64,000 nucleotides of DNA, from the NCBI GenBank assembly GCA_035285805.1, contig JAYKJE010000021.1:12267-76266 (forward strand), in the 5' to 3' direction. The notes below the pieces were generated by a model. That model made no database searches. It was not told where the DNA came from and saw only the letters and a program-made list of their open reading frames with translations. This DNA comes from a bacterium (GTDB taxonomy: Bacteria > Cyanobacteriota > Sericytochromatia > S15B-MN24 > UBA4093). Every line of letters starts with the position of its first letter. The stretch's first letter is position 1. Positions 18,741 to 30,577 of the stretch are shown piece by piece. The position numbers and the translations under genes were made by a program.

Positions 18741-20256
18741 CCTTCTTGCCCTCTTGCTTGCGCTGGCCGAGTTCCTTGAGCCACTGGTCCGGGTACTCGA
18801 TGCGCTGGTGGTACAGTCCCTGGGTGATGCGGATGAACGTCTGCGCGACGATCTCGAGTTCGGCCAGGGTGATCGGCGCCTCCGAGAGTTCCCCCTCGGT
18901 CAGGCGCTTCTGGATGATCCGGCGAACCGTGGCCTCGATCTGCTCGATCGTCGGGTTCTTGAGCGTCCGCATGGTGGCCTCGGTGGCATCGGCCAGCATC
19001 ACGATGGCCTGCTCCCGGGTCCAGGGCCGGGGGCCCGGATAGCGGAAGCCTTCCTCGCTCACGGCATCCGGACCCTCGGCCTGCTCGGCCTGGTGCAGGA
19101 AGTAACTGACCAGGCTCTTGCCGTGATGCGTCGCGATGAAGTCGGAAATGTCCCTGGGCAGGCGGTGCTGGCGGGCCAGCTCGAGGCCTTCTTCGACGTG
19201 CGCGATGATGACCCGCGCCGACAGCCGAGGATTCAGCTTGTCGTGCATGTTCTCGATGCCGAGCTGGTTCTCGACGAAGAAGATGGGCCGCTTCGTCTTG
19301 CCGATGTCGTGGTAGTAGGCCCCCACGCGAACCAGCAGACCGTCGGCCCCGATGGCGTCGGCCGCGGCCTCGGCGAGGTTACCGACCATGATGGAGTGGT
19401 GGTACGTACCCGGCGCTTTCGTCAGGACGAGGCGCAGCAGCGGTTGCGCCGGATTGGCCAGCTCGAGCAGCTTGAACGGGGTGACGATCTCGAACAGGCC
19501 CTCCAGATAGGGCAACAGGCCCATGGCCACGATGGCCGAGAGCACCCCCGAGCTTCCGGCCGCGATCGCCGCGTGGCCCACCTCTCGCAAGGGCAACCCC
19601 GCGAGCCCCGCGAGGCTGGCGGCGATCGCTCCCTGGACCAGCGCGATGTAGATCCCCGCCCGGGCCAGGTCGGCCCGGGCCCGGACCCGGTGAACCGCCA
19701 GGATGGCCGCGATGGCCCCTGCCGCGTGAAGGAGACCCATCCCGCCTGCCCAAGGTGGCGTGCCCGGATGGACCCCGACGGCGAGGCTGATCAGGACCGA
19801 CAGCAGGGCAGACGTGACGAAGGCCGGTCGCGTACCCAGGAACAGGGCCAGGAGGATGGCGCAGGCCCCGAGGGGAGAGGCGAAGGGGCTGACGTCCAGG
19901 ACCTGCATGATCCCGCTCGCGGCGACGGTCGAGAGGATCACCAGAGCCAGGAAGTAAAAGCGACGCGATTCATGAAGGATGCGACGCTCGAACTGACGCA
20001 GGTACACCACGAAGAGCTGTCCCAGCGTCCCGAGCACCAGGGCCAGAGCCAGCAGATCGGCGAGGAGCGGGAGTCCCCAGGTGGCCTGGGGCCACCATGA
20101 CGGCTGCATGCGGTAGAGCACGCCTCCCGTGCCCAGGAGGGTTCCGAGCGTCGCGAGGCGACGATGAACCTCCAGCCGGGTGGCGAATTGCCGCCAGGTC
20201 CCGGCGAGACGGTCGCGCCGTTCAGCGAACCAGGGCGTTCGGGTCAGGATGGCCAT
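18718..20256 (-). CDS. 7TM-receptor-linked HD phosphohydrolase (PgpH/YqfF-like)
   Basis: N-terminal 7TM domain and a C-terminal HD domain (HHSIMVGNLAEAAA...YYHDIGK). I chose the internal start MAILTRTPWF. An overlap with phoH remains. Confidence 0.8.
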   Translation of the reverse strand: MAILTRTPWFAERRDRLAGTWRQFATRLEVHRRLATLGTLLGTGGVLYRMQPSWWPQATWGLPLLADLLALALVLGTLGQLFVVYLRQFERRILHESRRFYFLALVILSTVAASGIMQVLDVSPFASPLGACAILLALFLGTRPAFVTSALLSVLISLAVGVHPGTPPWAGGMGLLHAAGAIAAILAVHRVRARADLARAGIYIALVQGAIAASLAGLAGLPLREVGHAAIAAGSSGVLSAIVAMGLLPYLEGLFEIVTPFKLLELANPAQPLLRLVLTKAPGTYHHSIMVGNLAEAAADAIGADGLLVRVGAYYHDIGKTKRPIFFVENQLGIENMHDKLNPRLSARVIIAHVEEGLELARQHRLPRDISDFIATHHGKSLVSYFLHQAEQAEGPDAVSEEGFRYPGPRPWTREQAIVMLADATEATMRTLKNPTIEQIEATVRRIIQKRLTEGELSEAPITLAELEIVAQTFIRITQGLYHQRIEYPDQWLKELGQRKQEGKKVGHLARG

Positions 20257-21208
20257 GGGAAGCCTCGCGGTTCTCGTACGCCTGGACGATCCGGCGCACC
20301 AGGTCGTGCCGGACCACGTCGGACTGTCCCAGTCGGACGAAGGCGATGTCCGGGATGTCGCCCAGGATGCGTTCGATGCCCTGCAGGCCGGACGTCTTGC
20401 CGCGGGGCAGGTCGGTCTGGCTGGCATCGCCCGTGACCACGACCTTCGAGCCGAACCCGATGCGAGTGAGGAACATCTTCATCTGCTCGGGCGTCGTGTT
20501 CTGCGCCTCGTCCAGGATGATGAAGGCCTCGTTGAGTGTGCGCCCGCGCATGTAGGCCAGGGGGGCGATCTCCACGACGCCCCGTTCCTGGAGCTTGGCG
20601 AAGCGCTCGGCCTCCAGCAACTCGTTCATGGCGTCATAGAGGGGACGGAAGTACGGATCGACCTTGGCCATGAAGTCGCCCGGCAGGTAACCGAGGCTCT
20701 CGCCGGCCTCCACGATGGGTCGCGTCAGGATGATCCGCGTGACCAGCTTGTCGCGCAGGGCCTTGACGGCCATGGCGACAGCCAGGAAGCTTTTTCCCGT
20801 CCCGGCGGGTCCCAGGCCGAACGTGAGCGTGTGCGTCTCGATGGCCTGGACGTAACGACGCTGGTTGAAGGTGCGGGCCCGCACGGGCTTGCCCCGGTGG
20901 GTCGTGATCAGCGTGCGCGCATAGAGGTCGTGGAGGCTGACCCCCGGGTCCTGGCGGATGGCCTCGAGTGCGATCTGCAGATCGGTCGTGCCGAGCACGC
21001 CTGCATCCTGCCACGCCTCGAGTTCCTCGAACAGGCGGCGTCCCACCTCGATGGCCGGATCATCGCCCGATAGGACGAGGCGATCGCCACGAACCACGGC
21101 CTGGATCCCGAGCGCCGTCTCGACGGTTCGCAAATTCTGCTCGTTCTGGCCCACCCAGCGAAGCGCCAGGTGAGGGTCTTTCAGCGGGATCGCGATCTCC
21201 GAGGGCAT
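20222..21208 (-). CDS. phoH: PhoH-like ATPase
   Basis: Walker A motif GPAGTGKSFLAVAMA and PhoH-family conservation. I chose the internal start MPSEIAI. Confidence 0.85.
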   Translation of the reverse strand: MPSEIAIPLKDPHLALRWVGQNEQNLRTVETALGIQAVVRGDRLVLSGDDPAIEVGRRLFEELEAWQDAGVLGTTDLQIALEAIRQDPGVSLHDLYARTLITTHRGKPVRARTFNQRRYVQAIETHTLTFGLGPAGTGKSFLAVAMAVKALRDKLVTRIILTRPIVEAGESLGYLPGDFMAKVDPYFRPLYDAMNELLEAERFAKLQERGVVEIAPLAYMRGRTLNEAFIILDEAQNTTPEQMKMFLTRIGFGSKVVVTGDASQTDLPRGKTSGLQGIERILGDIPDIAFVRLGQSDVVRHDLVRRIVQAYENREASHGHPDPNALVR

Positions 21209-21261
21209 GAACCAGCGCCTTCCCGGTCGAGGGTTTCGGGATCGTCTTGCCTGACCATCCC

Positions 21262-21302
21262 ATCTCGTCATGATAACAGAAAGCGGGGGGTGGAATGCCT
21301 TC
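21262..21302 (-). terminator. rho-independent terminator after rpsU
   Basis: GCGGGGGGTGGAA-ggca-TTCCACCCCCCGC hairpin followed by a T-rich tract on the minus strand. Confidence 0.5.
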
Positions 21303-21332
21303 CACCCCCCGCCCGGTCGATCGGTCACCTGA

Positions 21333-21515
21333 TCAAGAGCGACGCTTGCGAGCGGCCTCCGACTTGCGCTTGCGACGCACGCTGGGCTTCTCGTAACGTT
21401 CCCGCCGCTTGATCTCGGAGAGGATGCCAGCCTTCTGGATCTTCTTCTTGAAACGCTTGAGGGCGCTTTCGATCGACTCGCTTTCGCCGAGACGAACTTC
21501 TGCCAATGCACTCAC
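21333..21515 (-). CDS. rpsU: 30S ribosomal protein S21
   Basis: 60-aa basic protein with a typical S21 sequence ([30 protein letters not shown]). Confidence 0.85.
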   Translation of the reverse strand: MSALAEVRLGESESIESALKRFKKKIQKAGILSEIKRRERYEKPSVRRKRKSEAARKRRS

Positions 21516-21623
21516 CCCCTCACCCTGATAAATTCCTGGCGTCTGCCTGGACTCGCCATGTTAAACCAGGCCAACGGAGCTGGCAAGGATCGAGAGGATG
21601 CGTGATCGGTCGGGAGCCCGAGG

Positions 21624-21959
21624 TCATCCCGGCGGCCAGGTCAGCGCGCGGCCCCCGAGCACATGCCAGTGCAGGTGAAAGACCGACTGACCGCCATCGC
21701 GCCCGATGTTCGACACGACCCGGAAGCCGTCCTCGCCGAGCCCGGCTTGCGTGGCGACGCTCTGGACGGCGGCCATCAGGGGGCCAGCCTGGCCCGGATC
21801 GAGCTCGAGCAGCGAGACGACGTGGGCTTTCGGGATGACCAGCGCGTGGAACGGGGCCTGGGGCTGGATGTCCCGGAAGGCCAGGGTGTGCTCATCCTCG
21901 TGGATCCGGTCGGCCGGGATGGTGCCGGCGACGATGCGACAGAACAGACAATCTTGCAT
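21624..21959 (-). CDS. HIT family (histidine triad) protein
   Basis: CLFCRI N-terminus and HLHWHVLGG histidine triad. A CAGGAGG ribosome-binding site precedes the internal ATG. Confidence 0.8.
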   Translation of the reverse strand: MQDCLFCRIVAGTIPADRIHEDEHTLAFRDIQPQAPFHALVIPKAHVVSLLELDPGQAGPLMAAVQSVATQAGLGEDGFRVVSNIGRDGGQSVFHLHWHVLGGRALTWPPG

Positions 21960-22094
21960 GCGGAACCTCCTGGAATGGTGGTACCCACCGGCGTGCGGGG
22001 TCTCACGCACCCGCGGTCAGCCCCCGGTCACGCGTGCTAGCATGGGCGCATCGTCATGAGGGCCCCGGGTGGGCCCAGGAAAGGATGGTGCGCG

Positions 22095-22436
22095 ATGCGT
22101 GGACCCGGCGGTTTCGGGGGCATGGACTTCCAGAAGATGATGAAGCAGGCCCAGAAGATGCAGGAAGACCTCCTCAAGGCCCAGGAAGACCTGTCGCGGC
22201 AGCATGTCGAGGGTTCAGCGGGGGGCGGGGCCGTCACGGTGGTCGTCAACGGGCACAAGGACATCGTGTCCATCAAGATCCAGCCGGCCGCGGTGGATCC
22301 CGAAGACGTCGAGACGCTCGAGGACCTCGTCCTCACGGCGGTGCGGGATGCCCAGAATCGCGCGGCGGATCGCGTCCAGCAGCAGATGTCCAGCCTGACG
22401 GGCGGGCTCAATATCCCGGGCCTGGGTGGCCTCTAG
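22095..22436 (+). CDS. ybaB: nucleoid-associated protein YbaB/EbfC
   Basis: GGFGGMDFQKMMKQAQKMQEDL signature. It lies immediately upstream of recR. Confidence 0.85.
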   Translation: MRGPGGFGGMDFQKMMKQAQKMQEDLLKAQEDLSRQHVEGSAGGGAVTVVVNGHKDIVSIKIQPAAVDPEDVETLEDLVLTAVRDAQNRAADRVQQQMSSLTGGLNIPGLGGL

Positions 22437-23033
22437 GTGCTCTACACGCGTCCGCTCGCCCAGCTGATCGAGGCGCTGCAGTCGCTCCCGGGCATCGGTC
22501 CCAAGAGCGCTCAGCGTCTCGCCTTTCACTTGCTGAAGCAACCCGAGGATCAGGTCAGACGGCTGGCCCAGGCCCTGCTGGATGCGCGGACCCAGGTCAA
22601 GCACTGCTCGGTCTGCAGCAACCTCAGCGCGGTCGATCCCTGTGAACTGTGTCAGCGCACGGACCGTGACGAGCGGCTGCTGTGCGTCGTGGCCGAACCC
22701 CGGGATGTCGTTGCGCTCGAGAAGACTCGCGAGTTCCGCGGCCGGTATCATGTGCTTCAGGGGCTGCTCTCGCCGATGGACGGTATCGGTCCGGACGAGT
22801 TGAAGGTCAAGGAACTGGTCGCGCGCTTCGCACCCGGGCTGGTCGAGGAGGTCATCCTCGCCATCAACCCCACGGTGGAGGGAGAGGTGACCACGCTGTA
22901 CCTCTCCCGGTTGCTCAGGCCTCTCGTTCCGCGCCTGACGCGCATCGCGTTCGGCATTCCCGTGGGATCGGACCTCGAGTTTGCAGACGAGATGACTCTC
23001 GCGCGCGCCCTCGAGGGACGCCGCGAGGTCTGA
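22437..23033 (+). CDS. recR: recombination protein RecR
   Basis: HhH, C4 zinc finger (CSVCSNL...CELC) and Toprim domains. GTG start abutting the ybaB stop. Confidence 0.9.
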   Translation: MLYTRPLAQLIEALQSLPGIGPKSAQRLAFHLLKQPEDQVRRLAQALLDARTQVKHCSVCSNLSAVDPCELCQRTDRDERLLCVVAEPRDVVALEKTREFRGRYHVLQGLLSPMDGIGPDELKVKELVARFAPGLVEEVILAINPTVEGEVTTLYLSRLLRPLVPRLTRIAFGIPVGSDLEFADEMTLARALEGRREV

Positions 23034-23048
23034 ACCTGCCCTGTTCGC

Positions 23049-23932
23049 TCAGCGGAACATGGGAGTTCGCGCGTACAGGTGGCAGGCTTCTCGCAACGTC
23101 CAGAGCACCAGGACCGCGTCGGCGAGGTTGATCCCGACGCAAAGGAGGGCCCCGACGACGGCCCATCCATGTGCCAGCGGGCCGGGCAGGGCGCCCGCAA
23201 GGGGCGATCCTACAGCCAGGAGCGGCAAGCTCATCGCGATCGCCTCGCGCACCGCGCACCATCCGAACCACGTGATGACCACGCTCGCGAGCACCTTGCC
23301 ACCACGGCCGTGCTTGAAAAGCCTGCGGGCGTGCGCGAGGGCAGGTGGCCCCCCCGGGGCTGCCACCCGGTGAATCGCGGCCAGGGTGGCGACCGCGAGG
23401 CAGACGAGCGCCAGCCAGACGATCGCGAGGGTGAGGACACTGCCAGCACCCCAGAGGGCACCCGATGCCCAGTCCTCCGACGGGAAGCGTCCGTCCTGCT
23501 GCGCCCGGAAGAGCGACAGGGGCACCAGGGCAGCGCCGAAGAGCAGGAGTCCGCTGGCCATCAGACCCGTCAACCAGGTCAAGATGGCCACGGGGGATCG
23601 CTGCAAGCCCTCGCGCCAGGAGGATTCCGATCGCTCATCGCCGCTGGCGTCATCCACCATCACCCGGATCCATCCGCCCGTGCCGACCAGCAGCAGCGCC
23701 GCCCAGAGGGTGTTGACCAGCCAGACCGTCCAGGGCGGATCCGGTATCGCCGTGCAGGCCGCGAGGAAGGGCTCCCAGCCCCGGGTCACCAGGGACCAGA
23801 GTGCCTCGCCCTCGGCGAAGGTCTGCTGGGCCTGGACGCTGGCCTGGATACCGGCGAGGCCAAGCAAACCCCCGACCAGGGACGAGGATCCCGGTGGCAC
23901 GAGGGTGGCCCAGAACGAGGGGCGCGGACCGG

Positions 23933-23936
<4 letters not shown>
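23049..23936 (-). CDS. hypothetical polytopic membrane protein
   Basis: Multiple hydrophobic segments. Its stop overlaps the lysS start region. I recognise no family. Confidence 0.5.
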
Positions 23937-25444
<1,508 letters not shown>

Positions 25445-25533
25445 GGAGGGTCTCCGGGGCGAAGGGCGAGCCAGACGTCGGACGGCTCGCGTGGCCGCGA
25501 CGGTAGCTTCATTCTAGCACGCACCATGTGCCG

Positions 25534-26742
25534 CTAGTTCCAGCGGATGGCGACGCCATCGGCCACGTCCGGCGTGCCCACGCGGCTTTCCGGCGATCCT
25601 TCCGGAAACCAGTCTCCTTCCACGACGAGACTGCCCTGCGGGTCCCGGATGGTGATCCGGACCCCCGGTGACGAAGCTGCCCGTTCCTGCATGCTCTCGC
25701 GGTGGATGATCGTGACCAGGCTGTCCGGGTTCCAGACGGGGACGCGCAAGCGCAGGTCGATCAAGACGGTGGGGCCGACGCGGCGGGTCCGGACGAAGTC
25801 CGTCGAGACCAGGGGGCGGCCCGCAAACCAATCGGCACTGAACACGCCCGCCCACGGCGCAGGCGTGGCCGTGGGCGATGCGAGCAGGCGGGTTTCGAGC
25901 TGGCGGGTCAGGAGTTCGGTGGGCTTCCCCGTCAGCAACGAGGCCAGTCCTCGGGTATCGAAGCTCAGGACCATCTGACGCTCGCGATCCAGGACCCACA
26001 GGCGCTTGCCCCCATCCTCGACGAGGATGCGGGCAGCCGGTCGGGAGAGGGCCATGTCCTCGAGTGCCTGACGCGCCGGCCCTGCCAAGGCCGTGGCCGG
26101 GAGGGTGAGGATTCCCAGAGAGGCAAGTTTTTCCAGGGCCCGGGTGCTCGTCTTTCCGGCGGGGCGCTCCCATTTCAATGAGGCCAGCGTCCGGGACGGT
26201 CCATTCCCTGCCGTCTCGAGGCTCAGCCCCAGCCGGCTATAGCGAAACCGGTGGTCGGTGGCCGGACGGTCGGCCGGGCCGAGCTGGCGCTCCAGATCCC
26301 GGCGCGTGATCTGGAAGGCCGTCCCGTCAGCCCCGGTGGCAGAGCCCTCGATGCGCTTGGGCCAGTCGGTCGTGGGAGAGGGCCCGGGTGAGACGGTGAC
26401 CGTGGCACCGCTCTGTGCTGATGTGGATGGTGAGGCGATCGCTCCGAAGGGATCGGGCATCCGCCGCGCGGGTGAGGCCGTCGGAGGCGAGAAGGCGGAA
26501 GCGGTGGTCTCGATGGCAGGCTCGGGCTGGAGCCAGCGGCGCACGGGAGACCCGTTCCACAGCCACAGGCCGCCCGCTTCCAGACCGGCCAGCGTCAGAA
26601 ACAGCCCGAAGAGGCGCAGATGTCTCCGCAGGCGAGCCCGGCGGCGGGCAAGCTGCCTCAGTTTTCGCTGTTCACGCGACTTGCGCGAACGCCGCCGCCC
26701 TGCCGAACGCCTGGTGGGTTCGGCAGGGCGGCGCGAGGACAC
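25534..26742 (-). CDS. hypothetical membrane-anchored protein (basic N-terminus, single transmembrane helix)
   Basis: Arg/Lys-rich N-terminus followed by one transmembrane helix (LFGLFLTLAGLEAGGLWLW) and a large extracytoplasmic domain. Confidence 0.5.
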   Translation of the reverse strand: MSSRRPAEPTRRSAGRRRSRKSREQRKLRQLARRRARLRRHLRLFGLFLTLAGLEAGGLWLWNGSPVRRWLQPEPAIETTASAFSPPTASPARRMPDPFGAIASPSTSAQSGATVTVSPGPSPTTDWPKRIEGSATGADGTAFQITRRDLERQLGPADRPATDHRFRYSRLGLSLETAGNGPSRTLASLKWERPAGKTSTRALEKLASLGILTLPATALAGPARQALEDMALSRPAARILVEDGGKRLWVLDRERQMVLSFDTRGLASLLTGKPTELLTRQLETRLLASPTATPAPWAGVFSADWFAGRPLVSTDFVRTRRVGPTVLIDLRLRVPVWNPDSLVTIIHRESMQERAASSPGVRITIRDPQGSLVVEGDWFPEGSPESRVGTPDVADGVAIRWN

Positions 26743-26751
26743 GTGTCAGGC

Positions 26752-27522
26752 TCAGGCGAGGCGCAGCGCGGGACCGGCGTGCTCGTAGCGGGTCAGCGAT
26801 TCGACCACGGCCCGGGCGCTGCGCGTCATGGCTTCGAGGTCGCCAGCGCCCGAGATGGAGCGGCCGACACCCACCCCGCATGCACCCGTCGCATGGGCGA
26901 AGGCGACGTTCTCGGCATTCAATCCGCCCGCCAGGATGACGGGAATCTCGACCACGCGGGCGATCTCGGCCGCGTTCGCCAGGGCGCTGGTGATGGCGGT
27001 GAGGGACGCATGGATGCCGCTGCCTTCGGCCAGGCCGAGGACGCCTTCGGCCTGGATCAGGTCGGCCCCGGCGGCCTGCAGGTCCCGGGCGAGGTCAAGC
27101 TGGACGGCGAGCGGGAGGCGCCCCGAGATGGTCACGCACAGGGTGGCGCGGTCTCCGATGAGGTCGCGGGTCTCGCGCGTCCAGGCCAGGATCTGGCTGG
27201 CCGTGGGGAACTGGCCGCGGCGGTAAAGCCCGTCGAAGTTCCCCAGTTCCACGACATGGGCGCCGGCATCGACGGCGCGGGCGAGGTCGGTGGGTTCGAT
27301 GGCCGAGGCGAAGACGACCAGGTCCGAGGCCTCGAGGACGGCCGACACGATGGTCGGATCGGCTGCGACGTCGACGGCCTGGGCTCCGGCCGCGCCCGCC
27401 GCGCGGACGACCGCGAGCACGTGGTCGAGGTCATGGTTCTCGATTCCGGCGATCACCTTGACGAGGCGGCGGTTGACGAGAGCCTGGTTCAAGCGCGCGA
27501 GCGCGAGCGAGTTCGATGCCAT
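26752..27522 (-). CDS. Ycf23/DUF561-like protein
   Basis: KVIAGIENHDL...AVDVAADPTIV resembles the cyanobacterial/plastid Ycf23 family. The internal ATG has an AAGGAGA ribosome-binding site. Confidence 0.65.
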   Translation of the reverse strand: MASNSLALARLNQALVNRRLVKVIAGIENHDLDHVLAVVRAAGAAGAQAVDVAADPTIVSAVLEASDLVVFASAIEPTDLARAVDAGAHVVELGNFDGLYRRGQFPTASQILAWTRETRDLIGDRATLCVTISGRLPLAVQLDLARDLQAAGADLIQAEGVLGLAEGSGIHASLTAITSALANAAEIARVVEIPVILAGGLNAENVAFAHATGACGVGVGRSISGAGDLEAMTRSARAVVESLTRYEHAGPALRLA

Positions 27523-27592
27523 GGAAGGTTCTCCTTGCGAGAGGGGGGCGAAGCGATGATAGGACGAGGGACGACCCATGTCCACGGGGGGC

Positions 27593-28147
27593 TCACGGTT
27601 GACTCTGGAAGAAATGGGTTCCACCGGTCCCGGACTTCTGGATGCCCGTGACCCGCTTGATCAGGATGAACAGGCGGGTCAGTTCGTCCCGATGACGTTG
27701 CGCCTGACGCTCGACCTCGCTGAAAACCGTCTGGGCTTCCCCTTCCGGATCCGGTCCGTGGATCGAGAGGAGTTCCTTGCGCCGCTGGAGGACCAGGTTG
27801 AGCTGTTCCTGGACGAATTCTCGTTCGTTGGAGATCAGCTTGTACATGTATTGCGGATTCTGGAACTCGGGAATCAGGTTGGGGGTGGTCAGGAAGGCCG
27901 CGATCAGGTACTGACGCTCTTCGGACTGCTGGGCTTTTTCTTCCTGGGACAGGGGTTGCGTGGCCCGTCGTTCGAGTCCCGGAGAGGTCTGCGACCGGCT
28001 CGGCTCATGCGGCCTGGTCGGAGCAGGCGGGATGGGCGGACGAACGGGTAGGGGCGGAGGGCTGGCCGGTTCAGACCGCTTCAGCCCCACCGACTCCAGC
28101 AGCATGTTGAGCAGGCCACCCTGCTTGCGTGCCGACGTGTCTTCCAT
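27593..28147 (-). CDS. hypothetical protein (Pro-rich N-terminal half, conserved-looking C-terminal half)
   Basis: The ORF has visibly lower local GC than its neighbours. I recognise no family. Confidence 0.45.
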   Translation of the reverse strand: MEDTSARKQGGLLNMLLESVGLKRSEPASPPPLPVRPPIPPAPTRPHEPSRSQTSPGLERRATQPLSQEEKAQQSEERQYLIAAFLTTPNLIPEFQNPQYMYKLISNEREFVQEQLNLVLQRRKELLSIHGPDPEGEAQTVFSEVERQAQRHRDELTRLFILIKRVTGIQKSGTGGTHFFQSQP

Positions 28148-28230
28148 GCATCATCCCGGTCGTGCAGATCCGTGCCTTGTATACCCTGCAAGGCCGCAAA
28201 TGCATCCTGGGATGATGGTCAAGCGGAGTG

Positions 28231-30453
28231 TCAGGTGAAGAGATGCGTCAGCTTGTCATAGATCGCGGAGTTCTTGAAGAAGCGGTCGAAGAGGAGAAAT
28301 CCCCCGATTCCGATGGCGCCAGCCGCCAGCGTCAGGGGCAATCCGGCGAGCCCGAGAGCGCCCAGGCCGGCGATCGCGGCTCCGCTGGCCAGCGCCGAGC
28401 CTACGCCGCCCACGACGCCCGAGGCCGTATCTCCGATGACGCCCCCGATGGCCCGGGGCGTCGTCCGTTCACCGCGGAACACCTGCACGAGATTCTCGAC
28501 CGCGGAGAAGGCCGCCGAGAAGATCGCGCTCGAGCGCGCGGCCTTGCCCAGACCGGGCAGCATCTGGGCGAAGCCCTGGCGGATGGTCTGCCAGCCCCCG
28601 GGATTCCCGTTCTTGCCCAGGCCACCGAACAGGCTCTTCAGGCGCTCCCCGGCCTGACCCAGAGCCTGACGGGCCCGACCGAACAGTCCGACGTTGCCCG
28701 AGGCCTTCCCGGCCCCGGTCACGGCTGCCTCGGCAGACCGGGCAACGGCCCCGGCACCCGAAGTCGCGGCCTCGACGGACGCCACTGCAGCCTCGCTGCC
28801 CTTCACCGCCGCACCGGCGCCTCGTCCGACCTGGGCACCCGACTCGACGACTTCGGACCCCAGCAGGGCCGCTTGGCGGACTGCCGACCCACCCGCCTCG
28901 ACCCGCTGCGCCGCATCGGCGATGGTGGCCGCCTGCTCGACGATCTCGCTTCCGCCGCGTGCCACGACCTCCGCGACCCGCGCCCCGGCGCCAGCCGTCC
29001 GGACACCGCCATCGAGGATCTTCGCACCGGCCTCGACTGCCGGTGAGGCCGCTCGCGCGGCGGAGCCCGGGCCGAAGGCCTCCAGGACGGCGCCGGCGCG
29101 GTTGCTCGTCCGGAGGGCCTCCTGGACCTGCGGGGTCATGGAGCGTCGGAACATCGAGAGGGCAGCTTGACCGTCCCCGTTAGCGGCGATCTCGCCGGCC
29201 TTGACGAGGCGGTTCGCGAACCGCGTCATGGTCGCGGCCTGCTCGGCCTTGCCCGTCTGACGGAGCCATTCAGCCCGGGCCAGCATCTTCTCGGCCGTCT
29301 GACCGAATGGGCCCTGGAAAGCAGCCGGTGCGAGCGACCCGTCGGCCGCACGACGCCCGAAGGCCAGGAGTGCGTCTTCGGCCTTGCCACTCAGACGCAG
29401 CGCCCCCTGGACATTTTCTCCGAACGACTTGCGGAAGAGCGCGAGCGCTTCCGTGCGATTTCCCTGGGCGGCCTGGCGAGCTGCCCCGTCGAGTCGCCGT
29501 GCAAAGGTTTCGAGCGTCCTGGCCGGGCCGGAATGTCCCGTTTGCCGCAACATCTGCGCGCGTTCCCGCATGCGCCCCGCCGCCTCGAGGAAAGAGGACT
29601 GACCCCCTCGGGGTAATCCGAATGCCGAGGTCAGATCCTCGGCACGGCTGCTCAGGCGAAGGGCTTCCTGGACCTGACCGTTCGCCAGTCCTGGCTTGAC
29701 CCGCGCATGCAGCATCCGGTAAGCGCTGGCTCTCTGCCCATCCTGGTACAGCTGGCCAGCCCGGTTCATGCGGTCGGCGAACCCCTCGAGCGTCGCCGAG
29801 GGCCCGGAATGGCCCATTTCCCGGAGCAGGGAAGCGCGCTGACGTAGGCCCTGCTCGACCGCAGGAAAAGGTTCGACGGTGACCGGGAGGCGCCCGGCCG
29901 GTGGCAGGGTTCTTGGCGTGGCCGCTGCAACCTCACCTGGCGGACGGATCGGCGCCTGGGGCACGGGCGCGGCGGCTGTCGCGATGGCCGGCTTCACCGG
30001 CCCGGGGGCCAGGGTCGGGGCGGCGGGGGCTGAGGCCGGTGCGGGGTTCGAGAGGGCATCGACCAGCGCGGCCGGGGATCTCGGCGGGATCGCGGCCTCG
30101 ACGGGAGTGATCCGGGGGGGATTGGGAGGCACGGCCACGGGGGCGGCAGCCCCGGTGGAGACGGGCGGGACGGCTGGCGGGCGGGCACCGGGGCTGAGAC
30201 TCACGGCGTCGGCGACGGGCTTGCCCGCCACTTCCTGAACACCACGGGCCACGGTACGGAAACCCTCGGCCACCTCCTCGTTCGCAAGGAGGGCCTTGGC
30301 TCCGTCCTGAACGGTCCCTGGAAGGTCCTGCATGGCTGCACGAACCTGCTCGGGGACGTGCCCCAAGGTCTGCGGCAACTGCGCGGCCTTGCCGGGAAGT
30401 TGCCGGATCCGGGACCAGAACGATTCACCCATGCCACGCAGGTCCATGGTCAC
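28231..30453 (-). CDS. helical-repeat protein with a C-terminal glycine-zipper membrane anchor
   Basis: A GAGGAG ribosome-binding site is present. A Pro-rich linker is followed by three ~75-aa repeats (LR.TGHSGP..TLE.FA.R...QEALRLS.RAED.L.AFG), a Gly/Ala-rich 11-mer-like region, and a terminal GxxxG-rich hydrophobic hairpin. Confidence 0.6.
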   Translation of the reverse strand: MTMDLRGMGESFWSRIRQLPGKAAQLPQTLGHVPEQVRAAMQDLPGTVQDGAKALLANEEVAEGFRTVARGVQEVAGKPVADAVSLSPGARPPAVPPVSTGAAAPVAVPPNPPRITPVEAAIPPRSPAALVDALSNPAPASAPAAPTLAPGPVKPAIATAAAPVPQAPIRPPGEVAAATPRTLPPAGRLPVTVEPFPAVEQGLRQRASLLREMGHSGPSATLEGFADRMNRAGQLYQDGQRASAYRMLHARVKPGLANGQVQEALRLSSRAEDLTSAFGLPRGGQSSFLEAAGRMRERAQMLRQTGHSGPARTLETFARRLDGAARQAAQGNRTEALALFRKSFGENVQGALRLSGKAEDALLAFGRRAADGSLAPAAFQGPFGQTAEKMLARAEWLRQTGKAEQAATMTRFANRLVKAGEIAANGDGQAALSMFRRSMTPQVQEALRTSNRAGAVLEAFGPGSAARAASPAVEAGAKILDGGVRTAGAGARVAEVVARGGSEIVEQAATIADAAQRVEAGGSAVRQAALLGSEVVESGAQVGRGAGAAVKGSEAAVASVEAATSGAGAVARSAEAAVTGAGKASGNVGLFGRARQALGQAGERLKSLFGGLGKNGNPGGWQTIRQGFAQMLPGLGKAARSSAIFSAAFSAVENLVQVFRGERTTPRAIGGVIGDTASGVVGGVGSALASGAAIAGLGALGLAGLPLTLAAGAIGIGGFLLFDRFFKNSAIYDKLTHLFT

Positions 30454-30534
30454 GCTCCTCGAGAAACGACAGAGATCTTATCCCCCGTTTCAGGGGCTTT
30501 CATTCTTTCGGGACGGTTAAGCTTTCGAGGAAAT

Positions 30535-30558
30535 GGCCCCCTCCCGATGGAGGGGGCC
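30535..30558. terminator. perfect 10-bp stem hairpin between the LysM gene and the repeat-protein gene
   Basis: GGCCCCCTCC-cgat-GGAGGGGGCC. Confidence 0.45.
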
Positions 30559-30577
30559 AGCACGAATGAGGCAGAGG

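Noticed and set aside
25445-25533. Possible T-box or lysine riboswitch upstream of lysS
   Set aside because: Only ~90 nt of intergenic sequence is available. That is too short for either element, and no specifier or antiterminator-like motifs were seen.
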